A stretch of DNA of 64,000 bases from a virus. The DNA lies in IMG/VR virus record IMGVR_UViG_3300029880_000008, positions 1-64,000 of that record; one strand, 5' to 3'. Made by a program: the position numbers and the translations under genes. The notes under the pieces were generated by a model. It was not told the origin of the DNA, ran no database searches, and was given only the letters and a program-made list of their open reading frames with translations. Below are positions 43,900-54,177 of this stretch, piece after piece; the stretch's first letter is position 1, and the number at the start of each line of letters is the position of its first letter.

Positions 43900-43935
43900 A
43901 TTTATATTTTTCTTCTACTTTCATAATATAAAAGT

Positions 43936-43967
43936 GAGGGGTGGCATCTGTGAAGACACCACCCCTC
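43936..43967 (-). terminator. Intrinsic terminator between convergent operons
   Basis: GAGGGGTGG-N14-CCACCCCTC hairpin. The minus strand is followed by ACTTTTAT. Confidence 0.6.
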
Positions 43968-44086
43968 GTAACCAATTAAACAGAATTACGAACAGCAGAA
44001 CGAATCTGTGAACGTATATCTGTTTGCAAAGGTACTTGGTTTTGCAGAAATTCTAGTAAAACAAAGTTACTTTAACACGAATTTAA

Positions 44087-44632
44087 CTATTTCTTCTTCT
44101 TTTGAAAGGTCGCCTGGCCATTTTTGAAGATAATGCAGTCCTCGCAGCATCGAGGCATTGATAGAGGAATGTAGTAGTGGACCACATTATTTTCTGTATC
44201 AATTTCGTCCTGCTTAATCTTAGAGTAGTCGGCTATCATGGCAGTTGTCTTTTGCCACTCTGGAGAGCCAAACTTCTGCTTGCGCTGAGCGATAACGAGG
44301 TTTCTCAGAATCTCTTCCTTCGAGGTAGCCTTAATAAGTTCCTCCTGGGTGAGTTCATCGGCGTTCTCGTTCTTCGCTTTCTTGCCCTGAACCTCTGCTA
44401 TTCTCTTCTGAACAGACTCTAAAGACTCTAGCTTGTTCATCTCTCGTTCCAGAACGTCTTTTGTCCAGTTGAATCCTTCTCCCTGGAAGGAAATCGCCCA
44501 ACAATCCCTCATTGGCATACCTGAGCCACGGAGACTTGCATAGATGTAATAGCGAGGGTCTTTCATACCGAGAGCCTTCGCCTTCTTGTATGTATCGACG
44601 GATAATGTGTATCCTTTTGTTTCTTCAATCAT
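44087..44632 (-). CDS. Hypothetical packaging or head-module protein
   Basis: Track ORF 44087..44815 trimmed to the Met at 44632 (MIEETKGY...), because the upstream gene stops at 44637. Last gene of the TerL-portal operon. Confidence 0.5.
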   Translation of the reverse strand: MIEETKGYTLSVDTYKKAKALGMKDPRYYIYASLRGSGMPMRDCWAISFQGEGFNWTKDVLEREMNKLESLESVQKRIAEVQGKKAKNENADELTQEELIKATSKEEILRNLVIAQRKQKFGSPEWQKTTAMIADYSKIKQDEIDTENNVVHYYIPLSMPRCCEDCIIFKNGQATFQKKKK

Positions 44633-44636
44633 AGTC

Positions 44637-45413
44637 TTATTTCTTTTTATTATTCTTGAACGCAAATACTGTGTAGCAACAACACGAAACGTGAAATGGC
44701 GGATATGGATCTTTGAAAGAGTGGATGCCAGCGTCGGCTTCATTTTGACAAATATCGCACGGATAACTGCTCCCTCTCTTGACGTAGAACCCGATAGCCT
44801 TGTTCTCCTGCCCATACTCCTGCTCTGCCTGTCCCCATGCTAAGGCAATCACCTGAGAGGCGTTTCTTACAATGTTCTGATAGGCGTTCTTGTAGTAGCC
44901 CTTTCCGTAAGAAGGAACATCGATGTTGATATCCTTTCTCTTCGCTTTGGTGATAACTGATGTGTGATATGGGTCCTTGTAGCCGGTTCGGATAGAAGAT
45001 AGGAGCTGCTGGTCTGAATATCCCATAAGAGTACCCGCCTTGATCATCCTTACAATATCTTCAGCAAAGTTTCCGAGATAGACAGCGTTTCTTTCAGATG
45101 TCGTCTTTCCGTAGATGTCGCTGACGAGAAATGATTCTATATTCTCGCTGTCAATCCCGAGAATCTTGCACGAAGCCTTGGAGTAAGCAGAGATGTAGCT
45201 ATTGATACTCTCCTCTGCATCAGCAGTAACATTCTTGGCGTAAGAGAGCAGGGCTGACTCGTTTGTGAGCCTGCCCGCACCTCTGTATCGCTTACTTGCG
45301 GCAATTATTTTCTGTGTCGATTTCCAGAGAATATCTGCAACATGGTCCTCGCAGTTTCGGATTGCCTGCAAGCGCTTCCTGCTGTAATCGACAGAACGTT
45401 TTAACTCATCCAT
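44637..45413 (-). CDS. Minor head protein, Mu-F / SPP1 gp7-like
   Basis: C-terminus DPYPPFHVSCCCYT matches the Mu-F PPxHxxCRC signature. Located directly after the portal gene. Confidence 0.7.
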   Translation of the reverse strand: MDELKRSVDYSRKRLQAIRNCEDHVADILWKSTQKIIAASKRYRGAGRLTNESALLSYAKNVTADAEESINSYISAYSKASCKILGIDSENIESFLVSDIYGKTTSERNAVYLGNFAEDIVRMIKAGTLMGYSDQQLLSSIRTGYKDPYHTSVITKAKRKDINIDVPSYGKGYYKNAYQNIVRNASQVIALAWGQAEQEYGQENKAIGFYVKRGSSYPCDICQNEADAGIHSFKDPYPPFHVSCCCYTVFAFKNNKKK

Positions 45414-45419
45414 AAGCTA

Positions 45420-47147
45420 TTAATGAGTTTGATTGTATTTTTTCCAATTATTCTCTTGAGGCTTGTTTCCCCATTTATCGGTGTTCTTACCCTCACTAGG
45501 TCTTCCTGCCTTCCTGCCATTACCGGTACGAACGTTACCATTGTCTCCGTTCTGAATCCTCGCAGTAGCTTCCTGCTCCTCGATGGCATTCTCTGTCTCA
45601 TTATCCGCACGCTGAATATCCATGAGTAGGTCCTGCTGATCCTCTTCCTTCTTTTCTCGTAAGATACGCTCCCACTCGGCATTCTTAGGAAAATCAGGAC
45701 AACGCTCCGATGCAGTCTGCTTCGATAGGAATCCGTTCTGAACGGCAGTTGCAAGATTTGTAAGAAGTTCAGTTTTATTCTGATGAGTATAAGGCTCTAT
45801 CCAAGCATTGATGTCGAGACCAACAATAGAAGCCGTCGCATTGTTTTCGTGGCCGATTCCAAACTTGGCAATTTCTACCAGCTTATCAAGGAATGGCTGC
45901 AACTTCTGGGAATCATTCATAGCTACCTCCAATGCAGGAGAATAAAGAAGCTTGATAGCTACACCAGGGAGGTCTCCTGACTTCAGCTCAGGAGGCTTTA
46001 CGGTAAATGACAGCTCATAGATGAGGTCATACGACTTGTTGAGCTGGGTCGCAAAAGCTTCTGATGCATCGGTTCCATTGAGGAATCCTGCATCGTTATC
46101 CTTGCTGTTCATAGCGATAACCTTTGCAGCTCCAGTCATATCGTCGCCAGAAATGGTAATCTCCTCACCGTCACCCTTTACGTAGAATACAGGAAAAGCA
46201 TACGCTTTGTTATTCTCGCATAGGTACGAGAATGCCTCCTCGTAATCTTCGATGTTCTTCTGAACATTGGACCAGCATGGTCCCTCATCATTTCTGATGT
46301 ATGCAACCGGAATTGAATTGAAGTGATGTTCTTTCTTTTCGGCAAGAGCATATCCGTTCATTCCGAACAATCCCTTAATGAGGTTCGCTGCCTTCTTAGT
46401 TACGCTCTTTTTACCAACATCATTTCTGAACCTATAATAATAGGTATCATCCCAGACCTCAACCCACTCAATCTGAGCGTTTCCGTCTTCATCCAAGTCG
46501 TAATACTTACGGGCGAATACAGAGAGTTCTCCTGTTATTGAATCGTAATGCGGGTAGAGATAGTCTCCATTCTTGAATGACAGGACCTTAACTCCGAACT
46601 TTCCTTTATCGATATAGCCGACTGCGGCGGTTTCTGCAACGATCATGTAAGAGCTTACCGCTTCAAAGAACGCAATCTCCATATTGTGCATAAGCCATCC
46701 CTTCTTGAAGACATTGAGGTTCTTCTGGGATTCCTCTTCCTCTTCAAGCTCATCTGTGCTGTCTGCAAGCTCGAACTGAATATCGTTTCCGGTTAGGTGC
46801 AAGGTGTGTTTTGTTGCGATAACCTGTTGGAAAGCAAATGCGCATCTTGTAATAGGCTGCAAGTAATAATGATTGCCGGTAGAAGGATCTTTCGGGTCCC
46901 AATCAGGATTCTCCTTGATTATATCCGGATACGCATTCTTGTCCCAGATTCTGTGTCCGCTTGTGAAGTACTCACGAAGGAAGTCGGACTGGGTTTTTAC
47001 TCTCCATACACAAGGGTCGTAAGGCATATTCTGCATACTCCTATCACCAACCTTGTCGGAGAAAGTGCCATGACTCATGTATCCGTCAGGCTTAAGCTCG
47101 TAGAATGGCTTCTTTACGAGTATTTCTCTAAAATTTAAATTCTCCAT
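45420..47147 (-). CDS. Portal protein
   Basis: 575 aa, between TerL and the Mu-F-like gene. Overlaps the TerL stop. Acidic C-terminal tail. Confidence 0.7.
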   Translation of the reverse strand: MENLNFREILVKKPFYELKPDGYMSHGTFSDKVGDRSMQNMPYDPCVWRVKTQSDFLREYFTSGHRIWDKNAYPDIIKENPDWDPKDPSTGNHYYLQPITRCAFAFQQVIATKHTLHLTGNDIQFELADSTDELEEEEESQKNLNVFKKGWLMHNMEIAFFEAVSSYMIVAETAAVGYIDKGKFGVKVLSFKNGDYLYPHYDSITGELSVFARKYYDLDEDGNAQIEWVEVWDDTYYYRFRNDVGKKSVTKKAANLIKGLFGMNGYALAEKKEHHFNSIPVAYIRNDEGPCWSNVQKNIEDYEEAFSYLCENNKAYAFPVFYVKGDGEEITISGDDMTGAAKVIAMNSKDNDAGFLNGTDASEAFATQLNKSYDLIYELSFTVKPPELKSGDLPGVAIKLLYSPALEVAMNDSQKLQPFLDKLVEIAKFGIGHENNATASIVGLDINAWIEPYTHQNKTELLTNLATAVQNGFLSKQTASERCPDFPKNAEWERILREKKEEDQQDLLMDIQRADNETENAIEEQEATARIQNGDNGNVRTGNGRKAGRPSEGKNTDKWGNKPQENNWKKYNQTH

Positions 47148-48772
47148 AATCCTTTTACCTTTTTATGTTTCTTTTTTGTTAAACTGAATATCATTACGTA
47201 GAACCAAGACTCAAAGAAGTCAGGCGAGTGCCCGACATATTTCTTGGCAATCTTCTTAGGTAATAGCTTGAATCCCATATCGTCGCTGTTCTCGTCGCGC
47301 CGAAGCATCTTTCTCTCCTTCTGAAGAATCTGTCTGAGAGAGACCTTGTCGAATCCGTTTCCAGAATACTTTCTTTCGAGTAGGGACGAGTCGATGGAAA
47401 TCTGCTTCTCCTTTATCATCTTATAGAATAACCACGCACACTGAGACTTCAAATCCTTATATAGGTATTTGATTCCTTCTTCTTCCTGATGATTCTGAGG
47501 TATAGGCGCTGCCTGGTTGTTAAATGGGACGGCATCCTTGAAGAATCCCTTGAAGTACTGACCTATGCCCTGCATATCGTAAGTGAAGTTACATTCCTCA
47601 ACGCCCCACTCTCTCAGCTTAGCCTCAACTACAGAAACAAGTGTCTTAGGGTCCAGCCTCAGAACAACCAAGTCTTTGCAGTGCCATCCTTCCCAGAGCC
47701 ACATCACGAAGTTGTCGCCGCCCGTGAATGCAACATCGGCAGAAGCTCTGCGCTTTCCGTCTCCTGTCTGTTCGGAGTTATCGAATATTTCTTCAAGGTC
47801 TTCCATTTTGATCATGTCATCGCCGGCAGCTTTCCAGTTCCAGTTGGCTTCGAGGTCTCGCATACGCTGTTCCTCGTCCTGCTGTGCAAGGTTGGCGATA
47901 TACGAAGCATCGGTGGAGATGAGCTTGATGTTCTCTGATACATCGGCGCGGATGAATGTTGCCGACTTGATGAACATTTCGAGCTTTGTGTATCCAAGCT
48001 CCTCGTAGCTGTCCTTCCAAAGACTATCGATGATGCCCTTGCACTGCTCGTAAACCTCTTCTCTTGTGTCGCCCCAGTAGATTGAGTCCGGCGTATCTCC
48101 ATCCATAAAGCAGTATCGGATAACTCCGTCTCGCTCCGGTATGATGTAACCATTCTCGTCAACCCACCAGTCGATGAACTTTCGTACCCATGATTCCGGG
48201 TCAGGGTTACATGTAATCCAGAAGCGGTTACGGATATGTGCTGCATTTCGGTTGTTGGTCAAGAGATACTTGAACTTCTTATATGGGCACTGAGTACCCT
48301 CATCGATGCAGACATACGCATACTGTCGCCCCTGGAATCTTGTCTTGAAATCCTGATAGGCTCCTGCATAGTATGAGAACTTAAGCCACCCTCCGTTATC
48401 GAAGTTCCAGGTCATGTCGTTTTGTGACTTATTGTAAGTTCCGAATTGGGAGAACAATTTGTAAGAGTCTGTTACTAAGGATTGTAAGTCATCTTTTTCG
48501 TTACGAAGGATAGTTGCATGAAAGTCCGGATTTTTGATATCCTTCAAAACTTCCATAAGAGAAGAGAAGGATTTTGAGCCACCTCGTGAGCCTCCAACTA
48601 TCTTAATATCAGCATCAATAGATAGCATACGCTCCTGACCGCCACGCTGAGCAATAATCTTCAGCTTGTCGGGATGCTTCTTGTCGGTGTCTCGTAGAGA
48701 CTGGATATACTCTTGAGTGTAAATCGGCTCTCCGTTATCCAATTTTAATCCTGAATAAATCTCATTTTGCAT
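47135..48772 (-). CDS. terL: Terminase large subunit
   Basis: 545 aa. Walker A-like VGGSRGGSKSFS, Walker B YVCIDEGTQ, and a C-terminal nuclease-like region. Synteny with the portal gene. Confidence 0.8.
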   Translation of the reverse strand: MQNEIYSGLKLDNGEPIYTQEYIQSLRDTDKKHPDKLKIIAQRGGQERMLSIDADIKIVGGSRGGSKSFSSLMEVLKDIKNPDFHATILRNEKDDLQSLVTDSYKLFSQFGTYNKSQNDMTWNFDNGGWLKFSYYAGAYQDFKTRFQGRQYAYVCIDEGTQCPYKKFKYLLTNNRNAAHIRNRFWITCNPDPESWVRKFIDWWVDENGYIIPERDGVIRYCFMDGDTPDSIYWGDTREEVYEQCKGIIDSLWKDSYEELGYTKLEMFIKSATFIRADVSENIKLISTDASYIANLAQQDEEQRMRDLEANWNWKAAGDDMIKMEDLEEIFDNSEQTGDGKRRASADVAFTGGDNFVMWLWEGWHCKDLVVLRLDPKTLVSVVEAKLREWGVEECNFTYDMQGIGQYFKGFFKDAVPFNNQAAPIPQNHQEEEGIKYLYKDLKSQCAWLFYKMIKEKQISIDSSLLERKYSGNGFDKVSLRQILQKERKMLRRDENSDDMGFKLLPKKIAKKYVGHSPDFFESWFYVMIFSLTKKKHKKVKGLWRI

Positions 48773-48791
48773 AAATATACATTTAATACTG

Positions 48792-48799
48792 CAAAAATA
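48792..48799 (-). promoter_or_regulatory. Bacteroidota -7 promoter box TATTTTTG (leftward, packaging operon)
   Basis: Plus strand reads CAAAAATA, 20 nt upstream of the TerL ATG. Confidence 0.4.
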
Positions 48800-48833
48800 T
48801 ACAATTTTTCTTGGATAATTGCATATTTATTCA

Positions 48834-48841
48834 TATATTTG
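48834..48841 (+). promoter_or_regulatory. Bacteroidota -7 promoter box TATATTTG (rightward, head operon)
   Basis: Matches TAnnTTTG, about 80 nt upstream of the 48920 ATG. Confidence 0.5.
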
Positions 48842-48919
48842 CAAAATAAAAGGTATATTTATACATTTTTTGAGGTGGAAGAACCGCTTCAGGATAACAT
48901 TTTTAATCAAAAAAACAAC

Positions 48920-49621
48920 ATGACAAGAGAAGAACTCTTAGCATTGGTCAACAAGGAACTCGGTAGTACCAAGTTGACAATTAGCGAGAAAACCATCAAT
49001 GAAGAACTTGATGACGTACTCGAAGATTTTGGTGAAGACGAAGCTGCAAACGCTAAGTTGGTAACCAAGGTTACAAATCGCTTGAAACGCATGGACGGTA
49101 ATCTCCATTCTGACGTTTCTCAGCAGGTTAAGGAATACAAGAAGAAGGCGAAAGAACGTCAGAAGGCAAAGGAAACTGAGCTTGACGAGGAAGAGCCGGA
49201 AAAAGACGAAATTCCTAACGAAGAGGATATGCCTGAGTGGGCAAAAAAGCTCATTGGTGAAGTCAAGAAGGAGCGTGAGGCGCGAGAGCAGAAGGAAGCA
49301 GCTGACGCGAAGAAGGCGTTGGTGAACTCCATTAAGGAAGGTCTTAAGGCTAAGTTTGAGAAGGCCAACATTCCTTTGAATTCGTTTTTCGTTAAGACAG
49401 CTTTGGATAAGCTTGAGATTCCTGAGGGTGAAGCAGACATTAAGGATCTTGTCGGTAAGGCAGAGGTTCTTTACAATGCTGACCTCAAGGAAGCTGGTAT
49501 CAATCCAGACACCAAGCCTAGAAGCGGAGGTGGCGGAGCCGGAGGAACCGGAACCGTAGACGAACACGAGTTCGATGACGTTGCAGCTATCAGATCTCGA
49601 CACAAGCCAAAGGACGAATAA
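48920..49621 (+). CDS. Scaffolding protein
   Basis: Track ORF trimmed to MTREELLALV. E/K-rich coiled coil. First gene of the head operon, before the capsid genes. Confidence 0.6.
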   Translation: MTREELLALVNKELGSTKLTISEKTINEELDDVLEDFGEDEAANAKLVTKVTNRLKRMDGNLHSDVSQQVKEYKKKAKERQKAKETELDEEEPEKDEIPNEEDMPEWAKKLIGEVKKEREAREQKEAADAKKALVNSIKEGLKAKFEKANIPLNSFFVKTALDKLEIPEGEADIKDLVGKAEVLYNADLKEAGINPDTKPRSGGGGAGGTGTVDEHEFDDVAAIRSRHKPKDE

Positions 49622-49658
49622 CAATTAGTATTCAGGATAACAAAATTATTTATTGATT

Positions 49659-50411
49659 ATGGGAACAGTTTCTCCTTATTACAGTGAAAGGATGAATGGT
49701 AGCGGCTTCTTGCCAGGTCGTTCACTCATCCAGGCTCGTGGCGAAATCGGCGGTATCCGCTATGTATTCGTCAAGTTGAATGGCGCCGTAAAGGATGCTT
49801 TCCGTACTCCTACAACTGGTGGTAAGCTGCTCAACCCTTTCAAGGGTCCTGCAAAGATTTACGCCGGTGACTTCCTGGAGTATGATCCTGGCATCTATGG
49901 CAACGCAGGCGCTACTGTTAAGATTCTTAAGTCTTACCAGTGTGCAAAGAAGACCGGCGCTACTGACACAACTCTCCTTATTGTACGTGATGGCTACAAG
50001 CACATTCCGTTCATTGGAGACAATATCATGGTAGCTCCTAACGCTCTCGATGGAACAGGCACAGCAGTTACGGTTACTGGTGTTGAGAAGACAACCGAGG
50101 CTGGCGCAGACGTATGGAAGCTTACTTTGTCAGCAACACTCGGTATTGTAGCGAAGGATGCGATACTCGTTGAGGCAGCAGCTGCCGGCGACGCCAAGAA
50201 GCCTATGGTAACCAACCCTAACGGTTATGCTCAGTGCGACTACGACTTCCTGTTCACTCCTGGTGACGATTTCGAGGATGGTTCTCGCTACTTGCTTACT
50301 CCATTCCTTGCTAACGACGACACCGTTATGTACATCGACAGGATGTCTCCAATCCCTCCTGCAATCAAGGCTCTCAACAAGAGTCGCGTTAACGGATGGT
50401 TCCATCTCTAA
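49659..50411 (+). CDS. Capsid-associated protein (decoration-protein position)
   Basis: 250 aa, between the scaffold and the E-like capsid gene as in the lambda order Nu3-D-E. Assigned by position only. Confidence 0.45.
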   Translation: MGTVSPYYSERMNGSGFLPGRSLIQARGEIGGIRYVFVKLNGAVKDAFRTPTTGGKLLNPFKGPAKIYAGDFLEYDPGIYGNAGATVKILKSYQCAKKTGATDTTLLIVRDGYKHIPFIGDNIMVAPNALDGTGTAVTVTGVEKTTEAGADVWKLTLSATLGIVAKDAILVEAAAAGDAKKPMVTNPNGYAQCDYDFLFTPGDDFEDGSRYLLTPFLANDDTVMYIDRMSPIPPAIKALNKSRVNGWFHL

Positions 50412-50440
50412 TTATTAACCTTAAAGATTGATTCAGGATT

Positions 50441-51622
50441 ATGGCAAAATTTGATTTTAATAATTCGCGACTTGCTAAGTTCTTCGGTTCTCAGGAGAAT
50501 ACGGCATATTTGCAGAGTTTCCTTGATAAAAAGGACATCTTCTTTACTAATTATGGCTGGTACAAGACACAGGGACATAACGCTTCGTTCCTGACATCTA
50601 CTGACAACTATGGCTTGGCAACATTCAACGTCAAGGCGCGCAAGTTGAAGGCAGCTCCTATGGCTGACCTCCGTGCTCCTCTCGGTGATTCTAACCAGAT
50701 GGACAAGAACGGACATAAGTGGTACACCGCTTCTATCCCTGACTTCATCACTCCTGGTTATGTTGAGACCGCAGTTGAGCGTTATGCACGCATCAAACAG
50801 TTTGAGGAGTTCGGTAACGATGCCGATATCTTGGCAGACTGGTGTGATGAGGTTCAGACCCGTATCGACTCTGTTGATGCGACAATGAACTTTATGACCG
50901 CTCAGTTGATGTCTACCGGTAAGATCGACTACTCCGGCATTGGTCGTGGTATCTCCACTCCACTGCACAAGGCTATCGACCCTATCGAGTATGGCGACAA
51001 CTTCATCAATGGTGGTGCTAAGAAGTGGAATGACCCTGCTGCTACCATCCTTACCTACATGAAGGAGAAGGAGGCTAAGTATCGTGAGACCCGAGGCGGT
51101 TTCGACGGCGCTCTGAAGTGGCAGATGACTCGCAATACATTCTACAATGTATTCTTGAAGAACGCAGAGGTTCGCGAGCTTGTTACCAATTACCGCCAGC
51201 TGAACTACATTGCCTCTACCAAGACAATGCCTATCAGCAAGGAACAGTTCATCCAGGCATTCGTTGACTTCGAGGGTGTATCTCCTATCGAGATTGTGAC
51301 CGAGAAGGAGCGCAACCTTACTCATACAACCGATGAGTACAAGCAGGGTTGGTCTGACGACATCGTTGTTCTCCGTCCTGCCGGTGATGCTTGTGAGTTC
51401 GAGCGCACAGACAGTCTCGATCGTAAGTTGATTGAGTATGCTGGTAACAAGGCTATCTCTACCGTGTTCGGTACAACTAACGATGGTCTCGGTCTGCTCA
51501 TGAACTCAGTAGTTCCTAACGGTAAGTACATGGAGTGGCACACAGACATCATGTTCTCTGCTTGCCCAGCTCTCATCGACTTCCCAGACCATTGCATTAT
51601 GGACATTACCAAGACTGATTAA
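50441..51622 (+). CDS. Major capsid protein, lambda gpE-like
   Basis: 393 aa. FITPGYVE compares with lambda FTPGYVKPK, and the C-terminus FSACPALIDFPDH compares with lambda QSAPLMLLADPDE. Confidence 0.7.
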   Translation: MAKFDFNNSRLAKFFGSQENTAYLQSFLDKKDIFFTNYGWYKTQGHNASFLTSTDNYGLATFNVKARKLKAAPMADLRAPLGDSNQMDKNGHKWYTASIPDFITPGYVETAVERYARIKQFEEFGNDADILADWCDEVQTRIDSVDATMNFMTAQLMSTGKIDYSGIGRGISTPLHKAIDPIEYGDNFINGGAKKWNDPAATILTYMKEKEAKYRETRGGFDGALKWQMTRNTFYNVFLKNAEVRELVTNYRQLNYIASTKTMPISKEQFIQAFVDFEGVSPIEIVTEKERNLTHTTDEYKQGWSDDIVVLRPAGDACEFERTDSLDRKLIEYAGNKAISTVFGTTNDGLGLLMNSVVPNGKYMEWHTDIMFSACPALIDFPDHCIMDITKTD

Positions 51623-51657
51623 TTTCGGTCTTGGAACTATTAACGTAACTAGATTGT

Positions 51658-52092
51658 ATGACTATGGATTCGGAGATGAACATTTACACTGTGAACGACT
51701 ACCTTATTAATAAGGTGAAGTTCGAGATGCCGATGAAGGCTCTGTTGGGCATCATGCACGACAGGGAGCTTGAAAATGGCATTGACCTCGAAGCCTGCGA
51801 CAAGGACAAGGTTAGACTTGCCTATGCCGACATGCTGAAATGGTTTATTCTTGGTCCGAGCAAGGTGAACAACACCTCCGATTCCGATAACGGATGGACT
51901 CATTCGGGAGGTGGCTATGACATGTCGGACAACGACAGGAGCGAGATGAAGGCAGAGGCTAACGCTATCTATGCGGAGCTGGAGCCTGATTCGATGCTCA
52001 AGAAGAAATCCACCTTCCGGGTGACCTCCCACGGAGTAAAGAGGGCGAATTATTCTCCTTGGGGAGAACCTCTCCCTCACATCATCAAATAA
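51658..52092 (+). CDS. Head-tail connector or head-completion protein (by position)
   Basis: 144-aa ORF after the capsid gene. Confidence 0.45.
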   Translation: MTMDSEMNIYTVNDYLINKVKFEMPMKALLGIMHDRELENGIDLEACDKDKVRLAYADMLKWFILGPSKVNNTSDSDNGWTHSGGGYDMSDNDRSEMKAEANAIYAELEPDSMLKKKSTFRVTSHGVKRANYSPWGEPLPHIIK

Positions 52093-52097
52093 GGCGT

Positions 52098-52475
52098 ATG
52101 GAAAAGGAAAACATCAGAAACCCAAGATATCCTCACATCATCAAGATCGTGAGGAAGGTCGTCGGAAAAGCCGACCCTGATGACCCGTTTGCCGATGATG
52201 ATGCTCCGGTTGGTGAGGACAAGGAAATCATTCTCTACTATGGCGAAGGCCGAAGCTATACCGATACCACTACAGAGGGAGACAAGAACGTCGATCAGAA
52301 CAAGAGGAAGGCATCGATTCCTGTCAGATATGACGAATGGGATGCTGACAGATGTCCTCTTGACGGCGACACCATCTACTCCACTGTCGGCAACAACACC
52401 GAGGTAGGTATGGTTAAGGACTGCGAGCCGGATAATAACAGGACTGTTGTATATTGGAATTTGACAAGGGTTTAG
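52098..52475 (+). CDS. Head-tail joining protein (by position)
   Basis: Track ORF trimmed to MEKENIRNP. Confidence 0.45.
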   Translation: MEKENIRNPRYPHIIKIVRKVVGKADPDDPFADDDAPVGEDKEIILYYGEGRSYTDTTTEGDKNVDQNKRKASIPVRYDEWDADRCPLDGDTIYSTVGNNTEVGMVKDCEPDNNRTVVYWNLTRV

Positions 52476-52478
52476 ATT

Positions 52479-53012
52479 ATGACAAGTTTATCAGGTCAGT
52501 TTTTACAGGTCGAGAAGAAAATTCGTCAGATGGCTGTAGAAAAGATGCAGCAGAAGATGGATCATGCGGCTGAAATGACAATGAAGGCTGCCGACAAGTC
52601 TCGCAACTATGATGACGTAACCGGTAACTTGTACAAGTCAACCGCCATCGGTACATATTACAACGGCTCATTGCAGTCAATTCATTATGCTCCTGGTCCA
52701 GAGCCAACCCGAGTAACCCTTGCTGCTGGAGAGAGATACAACCTCGAAAAGTATTATCGCAGTTCGTTCTCCTTCAAAGACAGCGGACGGAGACCTTTCA
52801 AGGGTGAATATGGAGAAGGTGGCGAATATGGTCCGAACGCTGCGTGGGATGAACTTGTTTCAAGGGAACACAACAAAGGAAAGTACGATGCTACATGGCA
52901 GATGCTTCTAGTTGCCGGCGTGGATTACGCTAAGTTTGTCGAGGTAAAGAGAGGTCACGACGTAATTACCTCTCTCAGAGAATATTTGGTTAGATACTTT
53001 AGATCGATGTAA
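52479..53012 (+). CDS. HK97 gp10-like tail-completion protein (tentative)
   Basis: The VTGNLYKSTAIG motif resembles DTGxLRxSI of the gp10 family. Position is consistent. Confidence 0.45.
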   Translation: MTSLSGQFLQVEKKIRQMAVEKMQQKMDHAAEMTMKAADKSRNYDDVTGNLYKSTAIGTYYNGSLQSIHYAPGPEPTRVTLAAGERYNLEKYYRSSFSFKDSGRRPFKGEYGEGGEYGPNAAWDELVSREHNKGKYDATWQMLLVAGVDYAKFVEVKRGHDVITSLREYLVRYFRSM

Positions 53013-53015
53013 GAT

Positions 53016-53423
53016 ATGGTTAGTATTAAGACTCTATATTTCGATGTCGGTAATGCAATGAAGGGGATTTGCGACAAGCTCTACTCCCGGAGCCGACCAA
53101 AAGCAGTTGATACGAAAATCAACAGCTACATCGTGGTATACTTTCCATCTAGTATCTACAATAACGAGATGAACTCAAGTGGAGTTTACAATGATTTCAC
53201 CACTATAGCTCAAATCGAATTGTATGTGCGCGATAAGAATTCGGCAAGCAACCCGCACACACTTGATGTATCTAGCGTTGACGAGAAAGTCCAGGAGATT
53301 ATGGACAGATTTCCAATCTCCACAAAAAATCTCATTGTTTCAAATCCTCGTATAACACTACAGACAGACGACGGAGCAGGTTTTTCCGTGACGATCATAC
53401 AAGGAAGGTTACGTACTAAATAA
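53016..53423 (+). CDS. Tail terminator or tail-completion protein (by position)
   Basis: 135-aa ORF immediately before the major tail gene. Confidence 0.4.
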   Translation: MVSIKTLYFDVGNAMKGICDKLYSRSRPKAVDTKINSYIVVYFPSSIYNNEMNSSGVYNDFTTIAQIELYVRDKNSASNPHTLDVSSVDEKVQEIMDRFPISTKNLIVSNPRITLQTDDGAGFSVTIIQGRLRTK

Positions 53424-53458
53424 GTATTCAGGTATAACAATTTAAAATATTTTAGATT

Positions 53459-54070
53459 ATGGCTATGACAACTATTGACAAGATGAAGGACATTTTCAAT
53501 GGTCCTAAAACTCTGCTCTACTCAAAGGCTATTACCGATTTGAACAAGGCTACAGTTGACATTACCCCAGATGTTGAGCTTCCGGTTACCGTTGACTCGC
53601 TGAAGGCGACTATGGATGACCCAACCATCAACCACTACAAGGTTATCGGTCTTGCAGGCGACTGGGCAACTACAGCAGAGCTCGGCGACTTCAATGTAGA
53701 GTTCGTTGTTCCATCAAAGGCAAAGGACCTGCTGAAAATTATGTTCGGCGAGGATGCAATCACAGAGCTAACCAAGGTTACACTGAAGGGTACAGGTGAC
53801 GCCACCCTCGACGCTTCTACCGGCTTTACAGGTATCGCTGTTGAGCCTAAGAAGTTCAAGATCAAGGGTACTATCGTTATCGTTGACGATGAGAAGGAAA
53901 ACCTCATGGTTATCACCAACATCGCTCTCTACGCTACCTTGCAGTGGGATAACTCTGGTACTGAGCCTGTCGCGTTCAAGTTCTCTGGTTCTATCGAGGG
54001 TGCAGGTAAGCGTAGCATCGCTTGGCTTACTAAGGCTCCAGTTGGTGTGGGACCAGGCATTGGCGGTTAA
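53459..54070 (+). CDS. Major tail protein
   Basis: 203 aa, directly upstream of the chaperone pair and the tape measure. Followed by a strong hairpin. Confidence 0.6.
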   Translation: MAMTTIDKMKDIFNGPKTLLYSKAITDLNKATVDITPDVELPVTVDSLKATMDDPTINHYKVIGLAGDWATTAELGDFNVEFVVPSKAKDLLKIMFGEDAITELTKVTLKGTGDATLDASTGFTGIAVEPKKFKIKGTIVIVDDEKENLMVITNIALYATLQWDNSGTEPVAFKFSGSIEGAGKRSIAWLTKAPVGVGPGIGG

Positions 54071-54118
54071 TCAAGAGAAAAAAGCTTCTTTAGGTAATTA
54101 TATTCAGGATAACAAACC

Positions 54119-54156
54119 GTAGGGCGGCAGGCTAATCAACAGCCGTGCCGCCCTAC
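54119..54156 (+). terminator. Hairpin after the major tail gene (partial terminator or attenuator)
   Basis: GTAGGGCGGCA-N15-TGCCGCCCTAC followed by TTCATTT. Confidence 0.45.
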
Positions 54157-54177
54157 TTCATTTAATAGCATACAATC

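Noticed and set aside
44020-44040. Minus-strand TAccTTTG promoter-like box (plus strand CAAAGGTA near 44027)
   Set aside because: It points into the convergent terminator and the 3' end of the rightward operon, with no downstream gene. It is probably a chance match or a source of antisense RNA only.
50408-51325. 305-aa minus-strand ORF
   Set aside because: It is antisense to the major capsid gene. It is a shadow ORF with no start context, and the capsid frame has clear homology motifs. The same reasoning applies to 48938..49624(-), 14123..14788(-), 56517..57053(-), 63410..63982(-), 51649..52080(-) and the many short antisense ORFs in the track.
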